A stretch of DNA of 64,000 nucleotides from the human T2T-CHM13v2.0 reference genome, Homo sapiens, in assembly GCF_009914755.1 (NCBI RefSeq), contig NC_060933.1, one strand, 5' to 3'. Each line of letters begins with the position of its first letter. Position 1 is the stretch's first letter. The position numbers and the translations under genes were made by a program. Below are positions 25,301 through 38,960 of the stretch, piece by piece. Below the pieces are notes generated by a model. The model was not told the origin of the DNA and made no database searches. It worked only from the letters and a program-made list of their open reading frames with translations.

Positions 25301-26524
25301 AAGGAAGCACCCTGTTTGAATTTCGTATATCTTCTAACTTTGCCAGAATTTGCCACTACTAGAATATCTGGTCTACAAGGTACCCCAAGCTCTCTGTCCT
25401 CCTACTTCTTTTGCCTCTATTAACCTTGATACCTTCCAAATTGGCTGCCAATTTTATTTAGGCTCTAAAATAAATTCATAAACTTACCAATACTGTACTT
25501 TTTTAAAAAAGATGTGGGCATGACAAGTATTTTTATATGCATTTATTTGAGGCCAGATGGTTTTACTACATGAACAACATAGATGCTGGATCATCAGCTT
25601 AAAGCATGTGTGTGACCATGATGCTTTGGCTATTTAATTTAAAAAATAAAACTCATAATATTTACCATTGTTAATAGGTCTTTCTAAATATGAGGTATGT
25701 ATATCTATATTTCAAAATATTTAGGTCATTAGCTCTCCTTTAACCTTCCGAACTCATACATTTGCGCACAGAAACATAAACACACATATACAAACACATA
25801 TACATGCACATACTGTCCAAGTATTAGTAAACAGATGACTGATGATAATTCAGGAGTATATGTCAAAACCTACATTCTATTGCATACTATACAAAACATA
25901 TATTCAATTATACACGTATGCACAATAACATCATGGCCCATTATCTCACTTATTTTGTGGCTAAATGATACAAGGCTAACATGACCAGGAAGTTAGCTAG
26001 CACAAACAGATTTGGGGGCTGTAAGTATAATAGTCTATACATGTAGTTGCTTTAAAAATATATCAGCTTTCTGAATATCATACGACTTTTTGAGTGTTCA
26101 TGTATACAATACTTGTGATGACATTCATGCCTATCAAATATTTTGGAGAACTCAGTATGATTAGATAAAAGTGGAGTTTAGGTTTCGTGTAAAAGACTAA
26201 ATAAATTGTAGTTGCAGCTGTGTTCCTGTGGCTAACGCTGCCCACAGCAGAGCAGAGAAGTTAGCGTAGTATACAAAGAATAGCAGTATTTTTCACTGTG
26301 GTCTGAGCATAATTTTAAAATTATGAATCTTAAGTCTAAAGAAATGTTAAATGTAACATCATTTTTCTCATTCCAAATGGACTTATGAAAGTCATAATAA
26401 ATGAATACTTAGCAAGCAAACTATAGAAGATTCTACTTGGGAAATATAAAGCTGTATTTCATTCTTCCACAGATGTCCACATCAACCACATTTAGTGAGA
26501 GTACTGCTCTTACAAGCAGTCCTA

Positions 26525-26878
<354 letters not shown>

Positions 26879-27281
26879 TCAGCTGATTTCCCTTCCTCCT
26901 TTCTTATTTACGTATTTATTTAGTTATTATCTTCCACCCTTACTTTCCTAATAGAACCATAGGAAGTCTTGGTCCTTTTAGCTTCTGAGAGCTGATACAT
27001 CGTTCAATTAATGACCAGATTTACAAATTTTATATCACTATAGGTAATATGCTACCCCTTAAGTGGTAGCTGTGCCACTCCAACAAAACTATAAGATACC
27101 TTACATCTAACAAATACCTTGTCTCTGAATCAATTGTTTGAGTTAGTCACTAGCCAGATTTTTTTCCCTTTATTATTTAACTGGAATCTACTGTTTGACT
27201 ACATCCCACATACATATTGACATTGTAGTTATTTGTCCAACCAGAAAATATTTACCATGGATTTATTTATACTCAAGGCAT

Positions 27282-27497
27282 GACAGCATAGTATTGAGGA
27301 GTACAGACTCCCCAGAAGTTCAGTTTTTCCACTTACCAGTTTTTTTATTCTGGGCAAGTTATGTAATTTCTCTCTGCTTGAGATTATTTGTAAAATAGGT
27401 GTAACAACAATATCTGAGGGTATGAGTTAAGATATATTAAGCACTTAAGAGTGCCTGACATATAATAGGCTCTTAATGTTATACATTGCTATCATTT
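27282..27497 (+). mobile_element. MIR SINE
   Basis: cagcatagt...ccacttacc...tgggcaagtta...tgtaaaatagg...agcacttaagagtgcctgacat. Confidence 0.7.
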
Positions 27498-29443
27498 TAA
27501 TTATTAAGATATGCTTGTCTATCTTATGTTAAGTACTAGGGATAGATTTCTGAAAAAGCTATTCCTGCACTGAAGGTATTTTCAGGCTGGCTTGGGCAAT
27601 GTACAAACAAGACAGGTAATTTCAGAATAATGAGTGGTTTGACAGGAGGAAGTCCAGATCTTGAAATATTTACCCAAAATATAGGGAAACTAATTTAATG
27701 ATGGATGATGAAAATAAATGATTACTATGAAAATTTGGGCATTTACTTTTCATCTATTTATAATAAAACATCAGCATTTTAAGTAAAATTAAAGAGTTTC
27801 TCCAGTTAAGTTTCATTGGAATTCCAAGTCACGTAAACAGAATCCTTCTTAACAATTTTAGACACCCATCTTTCTGTTTCACTGTGTTACTAATTTAATA
27901 GTCTACAACTTGTGTAAAACAGAGGTCATATATATTTTGTGGGGACAAAGTGTTACAGTAAATTCCAGAAAACAATCAATATCTAGGAATGAAAGTAGGA
28001 ATCCTGCATAAAAAGTGTTTATATATTCTCTTTCATCTATTTATTGTTCTCTTATTGAGACTTACCTCAATGTGAGGGGAATCATTTTAAAGACTGAATC
28101 TCTACATATGTATGTAATATTATTTGGTTCCTACTGACCTTCCTGAATTGTGATTACCTGGGTGTTGCGTATGGATAACGATTGAATGGAAATCTTTGAT
28201 TGAGTGTATTTATTAGGTTGCTGAGCTATTTTGGGGTAGTCATTTCACCTAGCTGGCCTCAGGGGTACCAGTTTTTTAGGATGGTTAGCATCGTATATCA
28301 GGAACAGATTCCAAAATTACTTACGAATCAAATGTCCATTTAAAAGCCGTTGTTTTTAATGGATCCTATGACGAACCCTTTAGTAAAATAACTAATTCTA
28401 TCTTCATTTCCTGGTACAAATTTTAATTTTGTCATTTTTCTTTTCTAAGACAAGATTTTTTTAAAAAAATAAAAAAACAAATCCGGAGCTTTTGTAGGAT
28501 GGAAAAGTCTGAAAAAATAGTTGGGAAGGAAAAGGGAAATAGAAAAGTTGAAGTTAGGAGTAAAAAGTTGAGAGAATAAAAAATGATACTTAGGGCAAAC
28601 TCCAAAAATACTGGTGCTTTTGATGCCTTCTTTCCTTTGCATTGTCTCTGCTCTACTTACACGTTGATGCAAATTAAGTCTGATTTCAATTTAACTGTTT
28701 TCTTTCAGATTTTAGTATGAAAACTTTTAGTATTTGTGGAGGAACAAAAATATCATTTTGAAGAATGCATGTCCAGTAGCAATAAGACAACCTATGACTA
28801 GAAACAATGGACTTTTCACGGCCTATACAAATTTGTATGAATAAATCAGCTAACAGATATGTCAGAAATATTGTTTATAAATAGCGGAGTTCAAATAATA
28901 ATATCCCATGGAACAGATTGTAGCAGTTCGCTATTACCATTGTAAAAACTCCACACCATGCTATATATATTCTATTTGCCATAATATATTCTATTTGTCA
29001 AAGAATTTCCCTCCATAAATAAAATTGTCATTTTACAGAGAAGTACACATAGTAATAGTTACTTGGACTTTGCTTAAGTATGGAAAAGCATGTAATGCTA
29101 TTCTTAATTAATTGAAATATCAGTATATGCCCAAAGAGTTTCTCTGTATAAAAAATCTCAATTGTAAATATCATATATGAATAGCCAATTCAAATATTTA
29201 CCATAAGAGATTGGTGACTTAATTATGAGAGTTTGATAATATGGAGATGAATGTACGTAGTGGTTCATGTAGTAAAATATGTTTCTTAAAACAACATTAA
29301 AATTTTTAAAATTTGGCAGAGGTATCAGTGAAATAAGGCTTTTCATGCTTTGTTGTAATGAATTTTAAAGACAGATGTACTATTTCTTTCATTTGAGGGG
29401 GAATTGTTTAGTCTACTGAGCCTAAGTAAGGGCCACTAGTTTT

Positions 29444-29753
29444 TTGTTTGTTTGTTTGTTTGTTTGTTTTGAGACGGAGTCTGTCTCTGTTGCCCAGGCT
29501 GGAGTGCAGTGGCACGATCTAGGCTCACTGTAAGCTCCGCCTCCCGGGTTCACGCCGTTCTCCTGCCTCAGCCTCCCGAGTAGCTGGGGCTACAGGCGCC
29601 CGCCACCATACCTGGCTAATTTTTTGTATTTTTTTGGTAGAGAGGGGGTTTCACCGTGTTAGCCAGGATAGTCTCGATCTCCTGACCTTGTGATCCGCCC
29701 GCTTCGGCCTCCCAAATTGCTGGGATTACAGGCGTGAGCCACCATGCCAGGCC
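29444..29753 (-). mobile_element. AluY
   Basis: Y diagnostics (aagctccgcctcccgggttcacgcc, accgtgttagccaggat, ctcgatctcctgacct); (TTTG)n tail; TSD ggccactagtttt at 29431-29443 / 29755-29767. Confidence 0.97.
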
Positions 29754-31369
29754 TGGCCACTAGTTTTGAAGGTTGTGAATTTTCCTAAATCTTGCATGAT
29801 TTGGGTAAAGTCCATCTGTACCTAATCTGCAAATGTGCAAATTACTACATAAAGTACATCAGTACCAATAATAATTTATACAACATTTTATGCATTGAAA
29901 GTCTTCTTGCAGAGGAAATTATTAAATATTAAACTAGATGAAACATGGGTCAAATTCAAGCTTTTAGACAATGGAGCTGGAAAAAAGTATCTTTATTTCA
30001 AAGGAATTATGACACCTTCTTTGGAGACATAGTATTCTCATTCTATTAATAAAAATAAACAATAAGAAGAAGTCAGTCTCTTTCTAATTTAATTAAAAGG
30101 ATGTTTGATTTTAATGCTTCATTCAATTTACTTTGTCCCTAACCAAATATGCAATCATAATTAAATGAACTGTAGGCAATGTTGCAGATTCCAAATCTTC
30201 TTCCCATGCTATAGGGAATGAATGGACTACACAACACTAATACTTGTGTGCAAAATACATAGGGCTAGATACTCACTTTGTTTTTAAAATCAAAGAGTAA
30301 TATATGATTAAGTGCTATATAAAAGAAGGAGAATGTGTTGATGCTGAGAATAGGGATGGCATATATAATATTAAGTTATATTCATTTGCATATCAGATAA
30401 AGTCCAATGCAGGAAACAAAAGACATTAGTTTTTCTTTTTTCATTTTTTAAGTTACTCTAAGCGTAGTGATTTCAATAGAAGATATTTTAATAATATTAT
30501 TTCTCATCTATTTCGTATCATGCAATCAGGGTTATTTTTACAGATGTAAAGGAATTCCTTTTCTAGTGGTTTCTGTATTTGGCTAATCAGAACAAATGAA
30601 TGCATGTTAAGTACAGATTCCAGGGCCTATCCTAAAACCATTGGAAGAGAATTACACAGAGGTAGGGCAGGTGTTGGCTGGCAGATAGATGGTGATGTTG
30701 TCTGAATATTTAAAGACTCCTTCCTAGGTTATTCTTACGATGTTCCAGGCTTGGCAACTTTCCTAAAATTTATTTTAATAACCTGCTCCCCGGGGACATT
30801 TATTTTGCATAACTTGGAGCTCTCTAAATATTAATCAACATTATCTTCAAATAAATAATATGGATTCAGTATCCATTTAATATAAGATGGTCAATTCATT
30901 TTAAGAAATTAAGAATTAGAGTGTATACACTGAAAGAAAAGCAAAAGGGAATTTCTAGAAATATTTCATAAACAAAGGAATGTGTGCATGGCAAGGGAAG
31001 CTTTTTAAATGAGTTGTTATAAGAAAACTCACTTTTGGAGACATGGATACATAGGGATTTTAGATGTGAGTACTGTGTCAAAATCACTATTGGATCACAC
31101 TGGAATATGAAAGAAGCATTGTTCGGTTACTGAACAATCGCAGTCATGTATGGCCACTGAGTCTGTAAGGATGCTGCACACAGACTTTTCAATTGTTTTT
31201 TATCAGTAGAAACAGCACAGGGCTTTAGGGAACAGGGGCTGAGCTGCCTGTGCACATGTAGAAGGAGAAAGGCTCCCACTTCCTCGTAAGGGCATCAACA
31301 CAGTCCCAATTTACCCAGACCACAACAGCACTGAAAGGGAACTGGGTAAGACTCTATACAGCTTGAGCA

Positions 31370-31925
31370 AGAAGACTTCCATATTCTAATAGATCTCTCA
31401 GACTTAACATTTGTGAAATTCCACACCTTACCTCCATCCCCAAATCTGCTACTCCTGCAGTCTTTGGCACCTGCAGTTTCCAATAGTTCATATAGAATCA
31501 TTCTTGACTCTCTTTTCCTGTATTCCCATCTGTTAATCTATCAGCAATTCTCTTGGCTTTACCTTCTCACACCTCCACTTGGTCTATGCTTGCTAAACTG
31601 GAATACAGCAGTAGCCTCCAAACAGGTCTCTCTGATTCTCACCTAGCCAAATTGATAGTTTTAAATTGGTACCACATCTCTTTCCACACAAAATTCAGTG
31701 ATTTTCCAAATTATCGAGAGTAAAAATTTAGGTATTTGAAATGCCCACAAGGCCCAGTGGAGACTCTCCCTTTCTCCTCCCAGGACACTCATGGCTGCTT
31801 CCTCTGGCTATTTTGTCTTCATAGCACTTTTCATCATCTGACTTGCTGTGTGTTTTACTTTCTTATTTCTTTATTGCATGATTCCTACCAAGAGACTGTA
31901 TCATCCTTGAAATCTGGTATTTGGA

Positions 31926-31966
<41 letters not shown>

Positions 31967-32025
31967 CTCTATATTCCCAACCCTCAAAACACTGCCGGGT
32001 ACATTGAAGGTGTTCAATAATTTTA
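31370..32025 (+). mobile_element. L2 3' portion containing (TG)n
   Basis: tctctcagacttaacat...gcagtagcctccaaacaggtctc...atagcact...gtacattgaaggtgttcaataat. Confidence 0.75.
31931..31960. repeat. (TG)15 microsatellite
   Basis: Seen directly. Confidence 0.95.
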
Positions 32026-35000
32026 GAAATGGTACATAAAAATCAGTAGTTACGTCACAGGATGTAATCTTAGCAGACAGAGGTAAGGAACGTTTCCACA
32101 ATATAATCAATGATTATAGGCCCTTTCTGTGCAATGACACAGTCATGGACTCATATACGCTTTATGATGCTTTACCTTGAATTTCATTAATTTGAGATCA
32201 CATGTCTATGTTAATGAGATCATAAATTCCTTGAGGTAAAGGGTAGTGAGTTGTGTCTGGAATTATAACTTTACCTAAGTTTAAAGACGTATCATATTTT
32301 GCCTCAATTTGCAGAACTGAGAGAGGACTCATGTCTTTCCACTCTGATTGTATGCTTTCGACTCAGAAGATTTTAGACTTCAAACAATTCCTCTGGCACC
32401 TAGTATGATACTTTGTACATAGTAGAAAAATACATTCAATATCTCTTGATTTATCACTTCCTATGTAATCTTTTGGTTCAGAGAAACATTTAACTTCCCT
32501 AGTTCTGGATTAAATTTTTTGAATAAAACAGCCCAAATCGATGTGTGTATACACAGAGTTTAAAGGATTGAAGATGATGAGATCATTTTCCCTGTGATGG
32601 CTGCCACCAGGACTTCTTCACATTGCTGTTGACTAATTCTCATTGCAAGAGTTAGTGCTGGAGAGAAAGAGAAAGAAAATGGCTTTCAATGCTTTCTGTT
32701 ACATTCCCAGAAGGTGGCTAAGTGCGATAGGAGACACTAAAGAGGGAAAATATTGGATTTGAAGCTAATTACTAAGGAAATGCTTAGTAATTCATTAATC
32801 CAATACTGAACTCACTTTATGCAGGATTATTTGGGTCAAAATATTGTGAGCATATATCCTATGTTAGAACTTTGGCTATGAATGTTATATTGTAACAATT
32901 TATTTTGTTACATACTTTTTAATAGTTTAAAGATAGAATAGCAGCTACATTTGGTCACAACTAGAAATATTCAGCTTGAAAAAAACCCCACAGTTTTCTA
33001 TCATCCCTCTTGTTCTTCAAAGGTTGAGCAGGCATTTTGGAATAAGCTCATTAGTTTATGACAACCATTTAAATATTAATGATGATAATAAAACGTTATT
33101 TTTTCATGTGAAATCATCTTATAAATGATTATATACATGCACATGTGTTCATGCACATACACACATACACACACACATACTTAGTAATTTGAGAGAACAA
33201 CATATTTCTTTTGCTATTGAAATATCTCAACCTCATAACATACCGTCATAGTATAGAAAGGTGAATTCTCAGCTTTTACAACTTCATCAAATGTTGAATA
33301 CTGAGTAATTCACTGTGGTAAGGAGTTTATGTTCACATTAAGGAGAAACAAATGGCAAGCACTAGAAGCTCAAGTATTTTCATTCCAACTTGATTTTTAA
33401 GTCTCTAATTAACATCTTCTTTTGGTCATGGTTGTTTTTAGATTAACATGGCTTAATTACTTTATTATAAGGTGTTGGTAGCATTCTATAAAACATTATT
33501 CTCTTTATTATTTACTTATATATGTTAATTTTTAAAAGCTGTAGATTCTCATTAAACAAAATACAAACACTTTCAAATCATCATCTGAACTCATTTTCAT
33601 AAATGTAGATAAAAGTGGTAAAAAACGCAATTAATGGAACACCTCAAATATAATCACTACTTAGATTCTAGAAAAAAGGTTAAAAAGAGAAAGACTAGCA
33701 AGTGAAATGATAATATGTGAAATCAAGAGTGACTTAATTTTACAAAAATTAATTCTCTTTTAGTAAAACAAATAGTCCAATGGTTAAAAATTTTTCAACT
33801 GCAGTGTTTCCATGTAGTAGTTTAAGATTTTCAAAGAGGGCAGCAGTTTATCTGTATGTATTTGCCCCTGTAGATAAATTTCTTGAAAAAAGGATCAAAA
33901 CATCAATCATTATGTTCTTTGTCTATATGACAAGTTTAACATAAATGTAAAAAGAAAATGGAACTATGGAAGAATTTTGGAAGTAAAATAAACCCTATCA
34001 GTATTGGAATTGTGTATTTCCAATGGGTGAAATGCCTATTTGGGATTGCCTTCAACTGGTAGGGGATTTACTCTGTCTCTGGCTTGCTCAGGGATAAACT
34101 AGATCTCCACTGGCAGTGCAGTGAGAGAAAGGTGATGTTTTCTTCTTGTTTATTATTTGGTCTTTAACTATAAAGCATTAGCTTTTTCAACAATCACAAA
34201 AGCCCCACTTTACATGATTTCACTTGCTCAAGATGTAATTTATTGCTAATGGAATCACAGAAAAATGTTTTCACTGTTTCTGGAATGCAGAATCAAGTAA
34301 GGCAAATTGCTATTGAAGAGGAATTATTGATTCTTGTTATAATAGCTGCATTTCAGCTTTAATACATGAAATTTTGTTTTTATTGTTTCAATAATTTATA
34401 TTTAAGCCTCAAGGTTTCTGTATAACCTTCCTTGGGCTATTTTGTTTTAAACCAGGTGTGACAATTTTGCCTTAATGTATCATTCTCTTGGTCTGTCTTG
34501 AAAACCTTAATTGAGTAGATGCTATCAAACTGGGTTTGAGAAGTTGTAAAGTTACCAATAACTTGCTTGGCAAACTTTGTCAAGAAGCTTTATTTTGTCC
34601 TCAGTTTTTCTGTCTGAATATATAGGAGACTGAATGAAGAGATATATAACCCCCCTCTTAATATCGCCAAAGTTATAAAATTATTATTTAACTCTCCATA
34701 GAATAATCAAGGGTGCATATTGAAACCATGGATGAACTTCTTTATGAAATGTGTTGAACAAGGACTGGTGCTGTTTTCTAAACAAATTAGTTTATTTACT
34801 ATAACAAATGTATTAAGCAAAAATGTTAATCAAATCAAAATTAATCATTACTGTACTCTCACAGGACATTGTACTTTGCTTAAAAGTGTTTCTCTGACAG
34901 TTGTATATTACAGCTGGATTCCTGGTGCATCCATTTGTCTCATGAGGTTGCACAAGCCACAAAGAGCAGGGAATAAAGTTGTTCTTTACTTATTTTATTT

Positions 35001-35089
35001 CCAGACCCAATTCAGGTCTAAATAATATCATCTTCCATTTCCCGACCATTGCTTTCATTATATAATATTTTGACTTTCCCCAAAAGAAT

Positions 35090-35225
35090 TCATGCATCAG
35101 GTATTATTACCTCATTTTGTAGCTGAGAAAACAGGTCAGAGATATTTAGTTACTTGTTGAAAATGATAAAGATGTTAAGGGATAGAGCTGAGATACTACA
35201 TAGATCTGTCTGATGCTAAAGCTCA
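35090..35225 (-). mobile_element. MIR SINE
   Basis: ggtattattacctcattttgtagctgagaaaacaggtcagaga...tctgtctgatgctaaagctc. Confidence 0.7.
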
Positions 35226-35399
35226 AGACATTTCTCCTATGATAGACCAGAGCAGCTGAGTAATACCTGTTAAATCAAAGGCAAAGAAATCTTTTTTTTT
35301 TTTCTTCTGGAAACACTGTACCTAAAAACTTCCCAAAATGTGACTCTTTTATCTGACTATAAAAAGAAATAGCAAAAGCAATTATATTACACAGTATCT

Positions 35400-35548
35400 G
35401 CATCAGCTTTATCATCTCCTAAATAGGGACATAATATTGAGATGTGGTGAGAGTTAAGTATAATTATTTATATGACATGAAATAGCTTATGTACCTGACA
35501 CAAAGAAGTTCTCAATGACTGTTATGTACAATTATTATTATCATTATT
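35400..35548 (+). mobile_element. MIR 3' half (degenerate)
   Basis: catcagcttt.atcatctcctaaatagggacataata...gtggtgagagttaa...cctgacaca...ttattattatc. Confidence 0.5.
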
Positions 35549-36237
35549 GAGTACTATTTGCACTTAAAAGTCAAACATATCTTGAATCAGAGGAAGTTCT
35601 TACTTTTAGAATAGCTCTACCAGAAATTAAGAAATATCACAAAATATGCTTCTGTAATTATTTTAAAGGTGACTTGTGACCATTTACCCATTTCTTTCAC
35701 TTTTAATAAATGCCTTAACTTTTTAAAAGTATAGTGTGTTCATTGTGCCAAGGAAAGATGACATCTGTGTTTGTGTGGGGAGGGAATAACCACAGTTTTA
35801 AGGTACATTCTTTAACTTGATTTTACAAATTGAACCTTATGAGCAGTAATTTAATTTATGCTACACATTTTAATTCAGAACTAAACAGTTCTGTATTTTA
35901 ACACAGAGTTGTTTATCTAGAATAATGTTTGGCATTAATAAGCATTTTTTTGATATCTATTTATTTTAAAAATGAACAAATTAGGCCCTTTTATGTTGAA
36001 TATAATGCTACCATTCTAGGCTAAAATTACAGTTTTTACACAATTAATGTTATATTTGGTTATTATAACTACCCTAGACACTAAGTAATAGCATAATAAC
36101 AATAATAGTTACAGTAATCTTCATTAAGGTATTATATTTACTTATTTATGTGCTTAAAAACATATAGACACTAAATAGCAGAGCCAGGATAGACTCTCAA
36201 ATCCAAATTTGGGTATCATCTATTCTTACTAGCTATG

Positions 36238-36956
36238 CAGGAGCCCCCCTCCCCCCCGCCCCCACCTTATCCGTGGGGGATACATTCTGAGACTCCTAGT
36301 GAATACCTGGAACTGCAGACAATTCTGAACCCTATATTTACTATGTTTTTTTCTGTAATAGTAAGTCCTCAATGACATCCACAGGTTCTTGGAAATGTGA
36401 CTTAAAGTGGAACAACATACAGCAGGTCCTCAAATAACATCGTTTAGTTCAAAATTGTTTCTTTATAATGTTGATGAGGAAAAAAATTGATTTTCTTATA
36501 AATTGTTTCAATTATAGTCCCAGTTTTCAATAACCTATGTATGACATTAACTGAAGACTTAACTGTACTTACATCCCTATGATAGAGTTTAATTTATAAG
36601 TTAGGCACAGTATGAGATTAGCAACAATAACTCATAACAAAATAGAACAATTAAGTAAAAGAAGCATTACTTGAACACATGCTCTGTGATACCGCGACAG
36701 TCGAGGGTGGCTACTAAGTGACTCAGGAATGGGTAGCTTAGAAATTATAAATAGGCCGGACAAAGGGTGGATTCATGTCCTGGGTGGGAAGGAGTGGGAC
36801 TGCACAAGATTTTCATCATGCTTCTCAGAATGGTGCAAATTAAAACTTATGCATTGTCTATTTCTATCGTAATTTTCCATTTAGTATTTTCAGACCATGG
36901 TTGATCGCAGGTAATTGAAACTGCAGAAAGTGCAACCACGGCTGAGAGAACCACTG
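36238..36956. mobile_element. MER44/Tigger7-family element interrupted by MER6B
   Basis: ccttatccgtgggggatacattc...gaaccctata; tttaatttataagttaggcacagt; other end ggttgatcgcaggtaattgaaactgcagaaagt...actg|TA. Confidence 0.85.
36359..36565. mobile_element. MER6B-like MITE nested in MER44
   Basis: agtaagtcctc ... cagcaggtcctcaaataacatcgttt ... gaagacttaactg|TA; the host sequence resumes exactly afterwards. Confidence 0.8.
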
Positions 36957-37736
36957 TACCGGCAACAGTGGCTTTCTATGAGGTTGTGATTGAACTATTC
37001 TACCCTTAGGGAGATGCATATTTAATATTTCAGACTAATTAGTGTAAAAATATAAAAAGGATAAATTTGAAGAGTCCTAGTACCCTGGTTGTCCATGATT
37101 TGCATTCATTACGGAAATGGTGGGAATATCTAGTATAATTGTATATATACCTCCCGCTGTTCTTGATGAAGAGAATGGATTATTTTGTTTGAAAAAAGAT
37201 TTATTATAGTCAGGAAACCAAAGTCAATGAGCAGTTTGTAAGACTGAAGAAGAGTCTAACATTTCTGGAATGAAGTTACTATTAGGAACTAAAGAAAAAG
37301 TCCCTTCATAGGAGTTGGGTCACTATGTAAATCCATGCATGGAAAAAAAAAAAAGAAAAAGAAAAAGAAAAAAAAGAAAAAGCCCTGTTTGGCTGTTTTC
37401 CAGCAAGACTAAATGCAGTGTTTTATCTTGATAGATTACATACACCCCACCTTATTTTCTCCTGTATTGGCTAACCCTTGGTATATGTGTACATACCCAC
37501 ATATTTAAATCCCCACTATTTTTTTTATACTTGTCTTCTTGTGTAACACCAAATCAAATAGAGAGAAATACTAAAGAAGGACAGATATAACCTTTGAAAA
37601 ATATCTGAGGGTCTCCAAGATTCAAAAGCTCAGCAGTCCAAGCAATAGCAACATTCAGATGACAACCGGGACTCTGGACTCTTTCAAGACGCTGGGGATT
37701 GGAAAGCCACTGTGACAGAAACAGTGCTACATCTTT

Positions 37737-38029
37737 TTTTATTTTTTTGAGACGGAGTCTCGCTCTGTCGCCCAGGCTGGAGTGCAGAGGCGCGATCTCG
37801 GCTCACTGCAGGCTTCGCCTCCCGGGTTCACGCCATTCTCCTGCCTCAGCCTCCTAAGTAGCTGGGACTACAGGTGCCCGCCACCACGCCCGGCTAATTT
37901 TTTGTATTTTTAGTAGAGACGGGGTTTCACCGTATTAGCCAGGATGGTCTCGATCTCCTGACCTCGTGATCTGCCCGCCTCAGCCTCCCAAAGTGCTGGG
38001 ATTACAGGCGTGAGCCACCGTACCCGGCC
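37737..38029 (-). mobile_element. AluY
   Basis: CpG-rich with Y diagnostics; perfect 18-bp TSD aaacagtgctacatcttt at 37719-37736 / 38030-38047. Confidence 0.97.
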
Positions 38030-38216
38030 AAACAGTGCTACATCTTTAACAACTCCCATTTCTTTTTCTTCCTGGGAATGAAGCTGGACTACCTTTCTCA
38101 ATTTCCCCTGTGGTTAGAAATTAGATTCGGTCATATGATTGAGTGCCAAAGACATATAAACAAAATTATATGGAATTCAAGCTTGGTGTTTAAATCCTGT
38201 AAATATTCCACTTATA

Positions 38217-38405
38217 TTTTTTTCTCTGTCTCTGTCTCTCTGCTCCCCCTTCTCTTCTTCCTTCTCCTCTTCTTCTTCTTTTTCTCTCCTCTCTTCTCTC
38301 CCATCCTCCCCTCCCCTCCTCTTCTCTCTCTCTCTCTGTCTCTCTCCATCTGCTTGCTTCCCTCCCTCCCCCTTCTCTCTCCTCCCCCCGTCTTCCTCTC
38401 CCCTC
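38217..38405. repeat. ~190 bp CT-rich polypyrimidine/polypurine low-complexity tract
   Basis: Seen directly. Confidence 0.9.
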
Positions 38406-38827
38406 AGGGGAAGACTATTCCCCTGAGGCACTACAGACCCTAGGTTCCTGAGTCATTTCATGGAACACGGCACCTGGATACTTGCACTGGACCATAACAC
38501 AGGTAATTAAGAAAGGTTTCTTGTTTTAATGCAGTGAAATTGTTGGGTAGTTTGTTATAGTGGTTATCCTACCTTGACCACTTTAGAATGGTAGCTTCTG
38601 TTTTATAGACAACCTTATTAGCACTGGAAGTAATAAGCCACAAAGTAGTTTATTATTTTTCCACTACACTAAAATGTAGTTCCAGAAAAGGATAAATTCA
38701 ATACATTATACTGTTCTCCTTAGCCACCCATGTTTCCTCTTTACATAATTGAGACCAAATCTCCGGGAACAGTGCACATCATGAAGAATGAAGAATCCCT
38801 TTCACACCAACACCCATTAAAAAATCT

Positions 38828-38960
38828 GATATAAATATAGATTTATATATTATAAATATATTATCTGGTATATACCTAATGTAAACATATATTTATATAT
38901 TATCTCATGCATATTAATATAAACATATTCATATATTATATATCTCTATATAATAGTTAT
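38828..38960. repeat. AT-rich low-complexity tract
   Basis: Degenerate (TA)n/(TAA)n. Confidence 0.7.

Larger units (their letters stand above)
37711..38582 (+). mobile_element. Old MaLR LTR (MLT1H/I/J-like) interrupted by AluY and a pyrimidine tract
   Basis: Start tgtgacaga; ctggactacctttc...ggtcatatgattgag; end ttgttttaa...gggtagtttgttatag. Confidence 0.6.

Noticed and set aside
38078-38443. 121-aa hydrophobic ORF and 84-aa charged antisense ORF
   Set aside because: Artefacts of the CT-rich low-complexity tract.
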